Part shown: piece by piece, positions 10,470 to 23,235 of the stretch
Layout of the letters: the number at the start of each line of letters is the position of its first letter
Position numbering within the stretch: the stretch's first letter is position 1
Assembly: GCA_951406725.2 (NCBI GenBank)
Contig: OX597831.1
Coordinates: 39,432,001 to 39,496,000 of the forward strand
DNA from: Octopus vulgaris
Lineage: Eukaryota
Direction of reading: 5' to 3'
Length of the DNA: 64,000 bases
Program-made: the position numbers and the translations under genes
The notes under the pieces: generated by a model
Seen by the model: the letters and a program-made list of their open reading frames with translations, nothing else
Told to the model about the DNA's origin: nothing
Database searches by the model: none

Positions 10470-11171
10470 AAACACGAATACGTGCGCACATGCAAACACG
10501 CGCGTAAACTCACACACGCGCATGCACACGCACACGCGTGCGCACACACAACCACACAAACACTCACACACAGGCACGCACACACACACACTCATTAATG
10601 CACGCTCAATCACACTCACATATTTACTCATACGAACACACACATGCAGAAATACATACACACACTCAGGCACATGCACACGCTTACACACATACATACA
10701 CACACACACTTACACACACACACACAAATACGCAAGCATACTCACGCACAAATACACACACACACACACGCACACACAAACATGCAAACATACTCACGCA
10801 CAGACAAATACATACACATACACACATGTACATATATATATACACACACACACAAACATGCAAGCACACTCACACACACACACATACACACACAGACACT
10901 TACACACACATAAACGTGCAAACACACTCATACAGGCAAACACTTACGCACAAACACATACATACATACACACACACTTACACACATACATTTCCAGACA
11001 CACACACAACCAAACATGCAAGCACACTCACACACAAACACACTCACTTATACACACACACATACACACATAGACACTTACACACACAGATAAACGTGCA
11101 AACACACTCACGTACAGACAAACATTTACACACGCACACACATATATATATATACACTTACACACATACAC

Positions 11172-11231
<60 letters not shown>

Positions 11232-11255
11232 GCATGCAAGCATACTCACGCACAG
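10470..11255. repeat. Degenerate (CA)n-rich tract
   Basis: Directly visible; source of the HT/CV ORFs. Confidence 0.95.
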
Positions 11256-11869
11256 CCTGAACGTATGGATCTTTCGACAAATGGCTACCTACATTTCATT
11301 GCTCTGCTCTCTGATGCCTGACTTGGAGCCGCTCTTCTATCTACCACCGCTACCCAATCGAGGAATACGTTAACGAGCTACCTTAAACCGTGTGAATTAA
11401 TATTATGTTATGTAATATTCAAGCTTTTCGCACTAATTACCAAATTAATTGCCAAAAAGTTTGAATGTTGAAAGCTTAAAAACAAAATCGATATATTTTA
11501 AATGCATTTTGATGTAAAATTGATGACAATGATAAAAAAATGTATATATGGACTAACGTAAAATAATAAAATTCTCAGAAATTTAAGTGAGCCAAAAGTA
11601 TTTACACATATTTTATTTTTCTTAAGCCCTAGGATACGTAGAACCATTTACCTGATTTCCATCGCGAATAACCCGTCCGCATTTAAGCTAATTATGGATT
11701 GGACTGGTTTGAATTTCCTATGTTCAATCCACTCCAGAATGAGGGTCTCAGCATGTTCTCTCCAGCAACCACGGTCCCGTATGGAGGCCGTGAATCTGAG
11801 CTTGAGGTCACACTGGTTTGATGAGCTTACTCTGGCGCAACGGCTCGATATAGCTTGGCAGAAGGGTGC

Positions 11870-12497
11870 AGTTTTAAGTCTATTACCTCGACCAGTGTTC
11901 AACTGGTATTTATTATATCGACCCTGAAAATATGAAATCAAAGTCAGCAGAATTTGAACTCAGAACGTAAGGACGGGTACATTACTGTTAAACATTTGAC
12001 CCGGCCTTCTGACGATTCTATCTGATCGCTGCCCTAAGCTGGTTATATCTATTTCTTTACTACCCACAAGGGGCTAAACACAGAGAGGACAAACAAGGAC
12101 AGACAAACGAATTAAGTCGGTTATATAAACACGGAGAGGACAAACAAGAACAGACAACGACCCCAGTGCATAACTGGTACTTATTTAATCGACCTCGAAA
12201 GGATGAAAGGCAAAGTCGACCTCAGCGGAATTTGAACTCAGAACGTAGCGGCAGACGAAATACCTATTTCTTTACTACCCACAAGGAGCTAAACATAGAG
12301 AGGACAAACAAGGACAGACAAACGGATTAAGTCGGTTATATCTACCCCAGTGAGTAACTGGTACTTATTTAATCGACCTCGAAAGGATGAAAGGCAAAGT
12401 CGACCTCAGCGGAATTTGAACTCAGAACGTAGCGGCAGACGAAATACCGCTAAGCATTTCGCCTGGCGTGCTGACGATTCTGCCTGATCGCCACCCT
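11870..12497 (-). mobile_element. SINE family B trimeric array
   Basis: Two tail-2 units (12051-12497) upstream of a degenerate copy (11870-12035); flank taagctggttatatct duplicated at 12035-12050 and 12497-12512. Confidence 0.88.
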
Positions 12498-12710
12498 AAG
12501 CTGGTTATATCTGTCCTAAGTATTCTACTCGCTATATGCTCAAACTAGCCAAATCCAGACTCTCGCATCTGTCCCAGAATGTTATTCTACAAATCAACAA
12601 TCATGTCATCAAAACCTCAAAGCCACATGTTAAGGCACGATTGATTTAGAAGAATATTAATAAATAATCATTGCCTTTGACAGAGTAATCTGAATGTTAA
12701 AGAGAGAAGT

Positions 12711-13092
<382 letters not shown>

Positions 13093-13465
13093 GCAAACGA
13101 AGTTTAAAAGAACTAAAAAATTTTGAAGCATTTTTCAGCAAATACATTCCAATGGCGGCGCATCCAACGTTGGATGGTTTTCTTAAGAGAAATGCGCTAT
13201 AGTTTTTCTTTGTCTGCTTTAAATATTGTTTTGTAGCTGCTTATGTTGTGGGTGTTTTTCATTTTTTTTTAAGTGTGGTACTTACTCTATCGGCATATTT
13301 AGCAGAATCGCTGAGTTACGGGGATGTAAAATAATCAGCATCGGTTGTCAAGCGGTGAGAGTAAAGGAGATAAATACAGATATAAACACATAGATTTGTG
13401 TGTATGTTTGTGTGTGTGTGTGTGTGTGTGAAGGACTTCCATATCAAATTCACTCACACGTCATT

Positions 13466-13836
13466 GTTCGGAAATATTTTCCCACAAGTGTCCCGGACCC
13501 CAAAATGAACTCATTTGCGTACAGCCAATCAGAGCTCAGGTTAACAAAGGTTGACATTGAAAATGGTGGCCTCCGATTGCCATGCGAATCTTGTATTGTA
13601 CTCTTACAGCACAAATAATTATGCAGAGGTATCCATGGTTGAAACAAGAACAAGAACAACAAGCATTATCAAAAGAGAAAAGAAGCATGGTCATTTCATA
13701 CCCAAGGGACCTTATCTTATCACCCATTACTTGTTATGCTCTCATAAATTGGTTTGACAGTTGAGCTCTGATTGGCTGTATGCAAATGAATTCATAATTG
13801 GGGTCCGGAACTCTCGTGCGAAAAAAATCTCGCGAC
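13466..13836. mobile_element. MITE-like element with ~70-bp imperfect inverted termini, nested in a degenerate SINE A
   Basis: ccggaccccaaaatgaactcatttgcgtacagccaatcagagctca (13493-13538) vs tgagctctgattggctgtatgcaaatgaattcataattggggtccgg (13762-13808); SINE-A sequence resumes on both sides. Confidence 0.75.
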
Positions 13837-14245
13837 CGGGGATGTTAGTAGAAGGTGCTACGCTAAAGGACTGAACTCGAGACCAGGTGATTGCCTGCAC
13901 CTGTTTATAAATTATTTTTTACGTTCATTCACAACTTTTCATAAGTGATGTGTTTGAATACGTATTTCCCACGTTTTCGCTATTCACGAATACAAAGGGC
14001 TCAACGTTTGTTTGCTCAGTATCCAAACAGTGCTCGGCGGATGTGAATACGGAGAGAAGCGAAAGAGTAGCAATAATGCTACACAAAAGTTAGTCACCGT
14101 GTTAAAAAATTAGGGAACAAGGAGCGCGTAACGAAATACTTTTAAATACTTTTAACGTTTTCTGCTACATTTTTTTTTTTTCTCTTTTGGTATTAGTGTA
14201 ACAGTGCGTTTCAGATTATCATCTAGATCTTTATTTCCGGTTAAA

Positions 14246-15222
14246 ATGAGTTCATCGAAAAGAAAGCAAAGAGATGAAAGCGGCGAAAAGAAAAGAAAGC
14301 GAATGATTGTATTCAATTTGTGTTTACATCCATAGTTATTGCACACGAGTAGTAAAGTCACAATGCATCACATGCGTGGAAACAGTTTGTATTGAATCAT
14401 TAAATCCTAACAAATTGCAAACGGCATGTAAATACTAATCATAGTGTGATTAAGAACCATGACATGAAGGGGTTTTTTGGGGGGAAGCTTTTAATATATA
14501 TATATTTTTTTTTTTCCTAGCGAAAAGATGAAAGGGTAACAAAAAAACTATCGGATTGATGGCGAGTGATTTTTATCAGAAGAGAAGTACAAAAATGATT
14601 TAGCTGATGCAGTAAGTTTATATATTGTATTACAGAAAACGGAAAAAATACTGCGACGTGCAAGCCGAAACAAAAAAGAGAGTGCTATAGCTAACTGCCA
14701 TTCATATAGCCATGCACCATGGAAAATTTTTGTCTTATGTTGGGCCCAGATACAGTGTGAATTTTTTTTTTTTTAAACTAAAATGTTTCTCTATGTCCAG
14801 TAGCAATAACATTCTTATCAAATGTAAAGTTTTTGTTATGTCTAATAACGGTTTGACTCAAAACAGAATAATTTACTTATGAATCATAAAGGATACAGCA
14901 TGATAAAATAACCGAGGCGTAAAACCTTTGATGACTAATGTTATATGTTTGATATATTAAAAATAAAACTACAGCATAAAGCAATTTCTGTTTTGTAAAT
15001 TATGAGAAGATACTGCGGCAATTGTACGAGATATATTCAATAATTTAAACCAGTTCTTTTATTTGAAAAGCGTTCATTAGAAGTTTTAAAGGTTTGGAAT
15101 CTTGTTCAACATAATTTGGAAAATGTTTGTGCAGTTTGCACAAGCTTCTGCTATGTAAGGTCTGAGTCGAGAAGCTATGGTTAATAAAGTATCTCCAAAA
15201 ATAATCAGAACATATGTTGCAA
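14246..15222 (+). pseudogene. Fossil hAT transposase (Buster/Charlie, ZBED5/ZBED8-like), heavily frameshifted
   Basis: Manual translation across frameshifts: MSSSKRK...IQFVFTSIVI...QCITC...ESLNPNKLQ-RHVNTNH (BED finger), later PCTME..LMLG, FLFC, DIFNNLNQFF, ENVCAVCT..ASAM, VNKVSPKII. Confidence 0.8.
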
Positions 15223-15236
15223 GTACGACTGAGTGG

Positions 15237-15288
<52 letters not shown>

Positions 15289-15509
15289 GCGCGCGCATGT
15301 GTGTGTGTGCATATATACATACATACATGTATATATAATCTGGGTGAAAAGAAATTATCGTGTACTTTTCAAAGCTCTTCTGCGGATATCGGCAACCAAA
15401 CGTTATCATACATTATACAATCTATGTAACATGCAGCAATGATCAGCTGGTTATGATATTGCGTTGAAACACTTGAGGTGATATGTTTTAAAGCATGTTC
15501 AGTCCATCT

Positions 15510-15510
<1 letters not shown>

Positions 15511-15561
<51 letters not shown>

Positions 15562-15562
15562 C

Positions 15563-15619
<57 letters not shown>

Positions 15620-15620
15620 C

Positions 15621-15674
<54 letters not shown>

Positions 15675-15813
15675 GTATATATATACGTATACATATACAT
15701 ATACATACATACATATACATATACATATATACATATATATATACATATATACGTATATACATACATACATACATACATACATACATACATACATACATAC
15801 ATACATACATACA
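15511..15813. repeat. (TA)n/(TACA)n compound microsatellite
   Basis: Directly visible. Confidence 0.97.
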
Positions 15814-16351
15814 TGGGTACAAGACATCACCAACGATGCAAACAACATGAAATACGTAAACAAACGAAAGAAAAATGGAGAACAGGACAAGTAAACACAG
15901 AGGAAGAACCCTTAATCAGTTGTCGACTGTCTATCTACTCCTCATACACGACGGGATTCTTTCGGTTTCCATCTACAAAATCCACTCGCAAACTTTAGGT
16001 TTACCTGAGATTGTAATAGAAGACACTTGCCAAAGGTGCCACACAGTGGGCCTGAACCCGAAACCACATGGATGGGAAGCAAGCATCTTACCCACACAGC
16101 CTCGCCTATTCTTTTTTTTTTTTGTTCCTTTTATTTGTTGTTGTTATTTCTTTTTAATGGGGTGGGGCAAGAATGCTTACGTTGCTATGGGACTCTTTGC
16201 TTTTAGTGTCGTCATATAGTTTTTTTATATAGGTTTTTTTTGCATTGTTTATATTATTTATGATGGTTGTGGCTTAATATCACTTATCTGTCCAGTTATT
16301 AATTACTGAGATGGAAAATAAAATTTTCTCTGAATGCCTTTCCACAAACAG

Positions 16352-16532
16352 CTACCGTCACCACCACCAGCAACAACAACAACGCCACAAGTGGTTCTTG
16401 CTCTAACACCACAGCCCCCAAACACTGCTCGGACCGGCCATCCTTGACCGTCATCCCACGCTTTACAGTTAGTTGACTACCGGACTATCATTGATAAACA
16501 CGCCATGTGGTCCGACAATATTCCGTGGTCAA
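16352..16532 (+). other. Candidate exon (acceptor acaaacag|, gccATG at 16505, donor |gtaggt)
   Basis: Unique, more GC-rich block with splice-like boundaries; would encode MWSDNIPWS, ending in phase 1. Confidence 0.2.
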
Positions 16533-16597
16533 GTAGGTTTTTTTTTCAGTTTTATTTCGTGGACAAGATTTATGATGTCGAACATATATGTATGTCG

Positions 16598-17128
16598 CTG
16601 ACGATGATGACAATGAAGATGATGACATCGACGATCATGATGATGATGATGACGATGACGATGATGATGATGGCGATGACAATGATGATGGCGATGATGA
16701 TGACGATAATGATGATAACGAGGACGATGGTGATGATGATGACGACGACGATGATAATGATGACGATGATGATGATGACATGATGATGGTGACGACGATT
16801 ATGATGATGATGACGATGATGATGATGATGACGACAACGGCGACAATGACCTCAATGCGGATGATGTCGACGACATCGAAGACGACGACGGCGACGATGA
16901 AGATGGCGACGACGAGGATGAGATGATGATGACGACAATGATTATAGGGATGGGGATATGGTGGTGATAGTCATGGTGATAGTAATGGAGTGATAATGAT
17001 GGACGACGACGACGACGACGACGATGATGATCATGATCATGATGATCATGATGACGACGATGATGATCATGATCATGATGACGACGATGATGATGATGAT
17101 TGTGATCATGATGATGACGATGATGATG
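16598..17128. repeat. (GAT/GAC)n trinucleotide tract
   Basis: Directly visible; poly-D and poly-M ORFs are its translations. Confidence 0.95.
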
Positions 17129-17262
17129 TATGTATGTTAGGCAGCGCTGGGTGGGGTAAGACTTTATGACTATGCCCGTTCATGAAGCCATTGAAACGAA
17201 TCATATCTCGATTCTGTTATTCAAACTTTCAACATAGATGCGAATCGAAGATAATACACACA

Positions 17263-17302
<40 letters not shown>

Positions 17303-17615
17303 ATATATAAGTTGTATGCGGTATTAAATTGGGCTTAAAACCAAAACAGCGTCTCGATATCTACGCCGTGCACATTTACACCATATCGACACCGATCGGA
17401 CATTTACCAAATACTGAAACACGAATAAAGACTGTAACAATATTGATAGTCTTGCTCCAGCGCTGCCACACCGAAATGGTTAGAACAAGTAAAAACAGAA
17501 AACAATACAGAATATTTATATTCGCATTCAGATTTAATTTATATGAATTTATTAGGATTGGAAGTTAGTAGGACTGTTTGAAAATCAAAATTCATTCATT
17601 AAATATATAAATTGA

Positions 17616-18128
17616 CTAGCAGTATCGCCCGGCGTTGCTCGGGTTTGTAAGGGAAATAACTATATAAGCATTTTTAGAGAGTTACTTCCCTTATAGATGC
17701 CAATTCGGGCTTTCTTAGCCATTTCTGTTTTGGTGTCTTCAAGCCATGAAGTCGTTGTTCTAAAAGAACGCTGGTCTCCTTAACAACGCTTTACGACGTT
17801 GATTTCCTTACACTCCCTTCCCCACAGCTTCACGAGTGAGGGAAGAAGGGGGAGAAGCAAACAGGTGCAGGTGTGACAATGGACGCCAACTCCGCCGCCA
17901 TCGACACACGAAAAATTATGCATTAAAATGGAATAAAAAATCATGTTAAATTATTTTTTAAATCGTAGACTCATCGTAGACGCGCGCTAATACTCAGACG
18001 GGCTCGATATGAATTACGACTATAAGATACCCGAATTTGGTTAAACTGCATCGCAAAATGTGGGAGTAGTTAGGAATCTAAATCGAAGGGGACAGACACT
18101 CACACAACTACAGTTTTATATATATAGA
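17616..18128 (-). mobile_element. Non-autonomous Helitron, long copy (513 bp)
   Basis: Minus strand A|TCTATATATATAAAA ... hairpin cccgagcaacgccggg ... CTAG|T; inserted between A and T with no TSD; second copy at 21155-21456. Confidence 0.88.
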
Positions 18129-18331
18129 TATACGCGCTTGAAACAGCGCAGCCATAGTTTAGAATGAAATACGGCTACGCATTTCGCTCTGCGTGCTAAT
18201 GTTTCTTCCAGCTCGCCACCTCTGTAGAAAATTGTATAAAAAAATATTCATTTATCTGAAAGTTATGAGGTAACAAATTCGAAGTGGGGGTACGCTTGTA
18301 TAAGTATGCCTATGGTGTTTTCTTTGACGCA

Positions 18332-18355
18332 AAAACTGAAAGAAGCCCGTCGTGT

Positions 18356-18426
<71 letters not shown>

Positions 18427-18612
18427 CACCATCGCTTGACAAACGCTGGTGCGTTACGTCCACGCAAATTAGCGGTTCGGCAAAAGAGACCGATAGAGTA
18501 AGTACTAGGCTTACAAAGATTAAGTTCTGGTGTCGATTTGTTCGACTAAAGGCGGTGCTCCAGCATGGCCGCAGTCAAATGATTGAAACAAATAAAAGAG
18601 TAAAAGAGTAAA
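18332..18612 (+). mobile_element. SINE family A, 3' portion
   Basis: aaactgaaagaagcccgtcg(TG)n...tail aaaagagtaaaagagtaaaa. Confidence 0.85.
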
Positions 18613-19204
18613 AAATATACCTTTCAGATTACGCAAAGAATGTTGAGCGCGTGCACTTACATTCTGATATACATCACCTATCTCGACCTACAATGTGAAT
18701 CTTGAAATCTTGAAATAAGAACGCGATATGTGAGTATGTTTGTGTGAGCGCCAAATAATTATTTTGTCCCACATATATGACCGTAACCTACACAATTGGA
18801 AAAGTATTTATCGGCCATGTTGGAGCACCGCCTTTACTCGAGCAAATCGACACCAGGACTTGTTCTTTGGAAGTCTAGTACTTACTCTATCGGTCTCTTT
18901 TGCCGAACCGCTACGTTACGGTGACGTAAACATACCACCCATCGGATGTCAAGCGATGTTGCGGGGAGAAACACAGACACACATATACATATATATTTTG
19001 AAACTTCTTCACCGTTTCTCGTACTGTTAGCGTTCCGTATTTCAGTCGAGTGTGTTAGTACTTAATGTGGTAACATCGTAGATTTCGTCTTGGTATATGT
19101 TTGGCTGAAGAAGGTAAAGCAAAATATGGGTGAGAGACATATCTTGCAAAACCTGAAACCTGCAGGTACCACATTATCCATTTTCCGGGTGTTTCATCTT
19201 TCAG

Positions 19205-19219
19205 ATGTTCTCCCTGGAG
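19205..19219 (+). other. Candidate 15-nt microexon
   Basis: tttcatctttcag|ATGTTCTCCCTGGAG|gtaaga: strong acceptor and donor, frame-preserving length. Confidence 0.3.
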
Positions 19220-19364
19220 GTAAGACGGGTTTTTTTCTCTATTTTGTTGCACACACGCATTTTTGCTAATACATACGCGGTGAAGCTACACATTAGCGTC
19301 GTATTTTTACGTTCGCTATTTCCAGTAAATATTGGTACTTAGTTGTGCCATTTATTTACTAATT

Positions 19365-19446
<82 letters not shown>

Positions 19447-19919
19447 CATGTACACGACGAGCTTCTTTCAGTTTCCGTCTACCAAATCCACTCACAAGGC
19501 TTTGGTCGGCCCGATTCTATAGTAGAAGACACTTGCCCAAGTGTCACGCAGTGGGAATGAACCCGGAACTATGTGGTTGGTAAGCAAGCTACTTGCCACA
19601 CAGCCACTCCTGCGCCTATTTGTAGAAAATATCTTTTTTTTTAAATACCCATTTTTCTGAAAATTATGAGGAAATAAATCCGATTTGTATGAATTTCACG
19701 AGCTCCTCTCCTCATCTTTCGGAAAATTTTTCACAAGAAATTCTCATGTTATCGGAATCTACACCATCTCAAGCGTATTTATAGAGTGGGTGTGTTACAA
19801 GAACATTTGCTTCGCAACCACACGCTTCCGGTTTCAGTTCCACTGCGTGGCACCTTGACCAAGTTTCTCTTCTTCAACTATAGCCTCGGGCTGGACGGAA
19901 ACTGAAAGATCATCGTCTA

Positions 19920-19974
<55 letters not shown>

Positions 19975-19977
19975 ATA

Positions 19978-20012
<35 letters not shown>

Positions 20013-20096
20013 AAAGGGTAAAATTAATTAATGAATTTATAACTAATAATCTTACCAAGCGGGTCGGTATGTTAAAAGAACCATTATCGGCAAATT

Positions 20097-20339
20097 TATA
20101 CAAAAATTATTATAATTATAAACATAATTATAATTAGGGTTTAGCAAAATTGCTTCACCACATATCGAAATTTAGAAGTAGCAGTTAAATACTATTCTAC
20201 TACTATAAGACGTCTGGAAGATATCTTATGGTAGTAGAATAGTATTTAACTGCTATTTCTAAATTTCGGCATGTGGTGAAGCAATTTTGCTAAACACTAA
20301 TTATAATTATGTTTATAATCATAATAATTTTTTTGTATA
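20097..20339. repeat. Long fold-back (arms ~115 bp, 13-nt loop)
   Basis: Left arm ends ...ttctactactataaga (20210), loop cgtctggaagata, right arm starts tcttatggtagtagaa (20224); few mismatches. Confidence 0.93.
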
Positions 20340-20520
20340 TATAAAGTTAAATTTTCTTATAAAATAAGTTTTTAAGTATACTTCACAATCTATGGACTGT
20401 ATTTGACGTCTGTGCTCATTGCTAGCTAAATCGAAGGAAAGGGAAATTATAGAAGGAACCCATTTAGGTAATCAATGGAAATTCCAAAGCATAATTTAAA
20501 ACACACAACGAAATAAATAT

Positions 20521-20935
20521 ACTCTTTTACTCTTTACTCTTTTACTTGTTTCAGTCATTTGACTGCGGCCATGCTGGAGCACCGCCTTTAGTCGAGCAAA
20601 TCGACCCCGGGACTTATTCTTTGTAAGCCCAGTACTTATTCTGTCGGTCTCCTTTTGCCGAACCGCTAAGTGACAGGGACGTAAACACACCAGCATCGGT
20701 TGTCAAGCAATGCTAGGGTGACAGACACACAAACATACACGCACACACATATATACATATATATACATATATACGACGGGCTTCTTTCAGTTTCCGTCTA
20801 CCAAATCCACTCACAAGGCATTGGTCGGCCCGGGGCTATAGCAGAATACACTTGCCCAAGGTGCCACGCAGTGGGACTGAACCCGGAACCATGTGGTTGG
20901 TTAGCAAGCTACTTACCACACAGCCACTCCTGCGC
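20521..20935 (-). mobile_element. SINE family A, full-length reference copy
   Basis: Minus strand: gcgcaggagtggctgtgtggt (A box)...ggttcagtccc (B box)...caccttgggcaagtg (CORE-like)...internal (AT)/(GT)...tail (aagagtaa)n. Confidence 0.93.
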
Positions 20936-21154
20936 TTGTAAATATACATATAAATCTATAACTAAGTGAACAAAATTAAACATCAAATCCATAATCGATT
21001 CAAACATCCTTTTGGAAGCCCTTACCTCGAATTTCCATCTCTGTATTTGTCACATCTCCATTCGGTACCTGAACCCAACGTTCACGATGCATAGTTTTCA
21101 CATAACGACTTATACATGTAATTTTGTTCACTGATTTATAAATTTATATGAAGA

Positions 21155-21456
21155 CTAGCAGTATCACCCGGCGTTGCTCGGGTTTGTAAGGGAAATAACT
21201 ATATAAGCATTTTTAGAGAGTTTCTTCCTTTATATAATAGCAAAGAAATGCATTAAAAATGGGAAAAAATGATGGCAAAATTTTTTTAAATCGTAGACTC
21301 ATCGTAGACGCGCGCTAATACCCAGAAGGGCTCGATATGAATCACGACTATAAGATACCCGCTTTTGGCTAAACTGTACCGCAAAATGTGGGAGTAGATA
21401 GGAATCTAAATCGTAGGAGACAGACACTCACACAACTTCACTTTTATATATAAAGA
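21155..21456 (-). mobile_element. Non-autonomous Helitron, short copy (302 bp)
   Basis: Same TC/hairpin/CTAG termini as 17616-18128; lacks about 210 bp of the interior. Confidence 0.88.
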
Positions 21457-21851
21457 TTTATTTCGTTCTGCGTTTTAAATTATGCTTTGGAATGTGTATT
21501 GATTGCCTCGATGTGTTCCTTCTATAATTGTATTGATTGCCTAGATCTGCTCCTTCTCTTCTATAATTGAGCGATCTGTATCTAGTTCTGGAAATTGTAT
21601 TTTGTAAACGTCAGACTACGCTGACGATCTTGCAGATATCTACGTGTTTATATACGTAGATATTAACAAGTGAAACCAATGGTACGTAGGTAATCATTTT
21701 TTATTTCGTATTTTTTCATTTGTCTTGCTCATTTTTTACATTTTGGCGTTTTGCTGAGATTTTTTTCTTGAGAACACATTCTTAGTGGTAATGGCGATTT
21801 GACATCTGTGTTTAGCATATAGAGTGTCCACTTTAGCGGTCATTCCTCTTA

Positions 21852-21940
<89 letters not shown>

Positions 21941-21961
21941 ATATGTATATATTACATTCCG

Positions 21962-22283
21962 TTGCTTACGACGGCTATGGTTCAAGTTGATCCGATCGAT
22001 AGAACAGCCTACTTGAGCAATTAACATGCAAGTGGCTGAGCATTCCACAGACACGTATACCCTCAACGTATTTCTCGGGGAGATTCAGAGTAATGACACT
22101 GAATGTGACAAGGCCGGCCTTTTGAATTACAGCTGCTACTGCATTTTTCCCCAGCTGAGTGGACTGGAGTAACGTGAAATAAAGTGTCTTGCTCAAGGGC
22201 ACAACGCGTCGCCGAGAACTGAATTCGCGACCTTACAATCGAGAACTGATTACCTTAACCACTAGGCCACGAACACGCGCCTT
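21962..22283 (-). mobile_element. SINE family C
   Basis: Minus-strand head ...gtggcctagtggttaagg...gaattcagttctcgg, then ttgtgcccttgagcaagacactt CORE-like block. Confidence 0.85.
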
Positions 22284-22576
22284 CATATACATACATGTGT
22301 GTTTGAGTGTGTGGCGGAGTGTTTACCTTTCCGTGACTTGGCGATGAGACCAAAGAGACCAGGATTTTAAAAAATAAAATACAGAGGTCAATTCATTCGA
22401 CTAAAAATCCCCCCAGCAGTGCAGATGTTTAATAACCGAAACAAGTAAAAGATAAAAGATAATGTAGCCATTTTCCAGAAAGTTCTGAAGAAACAAATAA
22501 AGCGGAAGGGCACACTTTTGTAGATATGCTTCTCTGTGTTCCACGTTTGTATACTCATTATAAATATTGCTGTAAT

Positions 22577-23235
22577 TTTGGCACAAGGCGAGCAGTTTTA
22601 AAGGAAGGGGTCTAGTCGATTAGAGCGACTCCAGTACTTAACTGGTACTTAATTTATTGACCCTTGAAAGGATGACAGGCAAAGTTGATCTCGGTGGAAT
22701 TTGAACTCAGATCGCAAAGACGGACGAAATGCCGCTAAGCATTTCACTCGGCGTGCTAACGTTTCTTATTTCTTTATTGCCCACAAGGAGCTAAACATAG
22801 AGAGACCGAACAAGGACAGACAAAGGGATTAAGTCGATTACATCGACGCCAATGCGTAACTGGTACTTAATTTATCGACCTCGAAAGGATGAAAGGCAAA
22901 GTCGACCTCTGCGGAATTTGAACTCAGAACGAAATACATTTCGCCCAGCGTTCAAACGTTTCTACCAGCTCGCCGCCTAACACATTATAGATATCATACA
23001 CAGAGTTATATTGGCTTCAGACTTTGGCACAAGGCCAGCAATTTCGAGAGAGAGAGAGAGAGAGAGAATAAGTCGATTCCATCAACCCTAGGGATCAACT
23101 GGTATTTATTTTATCGACGACCTGGAAAGGAAGAAAAATAAAGTCAACCTCGACGGAATTTGAACTCAGAACATAAACACGGACGAAATGCCGCTAAGCA
23201 TTTTGCGCTGCGTGCAAACGATTTTGCCAGCATGC
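22577..23235 (-). mobile_element. SINE family B cluster (three units)
   Basis: Tail-1 copy 22577-22766, tail-2 unit 22767-22978, further tail-1 copy 23022-23235. Confidence 0.85.

Noticed and set aside
11648-11860. LINE C-terminal fragment (…IRDRGCWR…) or exon
   Set aside because: Only a weak DRxxWR resemblance; cannot be supported without a search
16505-16926. Poly-Asp/poly-Met acidic protein
   Set aside because: (GAT)n tract with frame-disrupting interruptions and no supporting coding context
20880-20935. tRNA genes at SINE heads
   Set aside because: A/B boxes are present but there is no complete cloverleaf, and each continues into a SINE body
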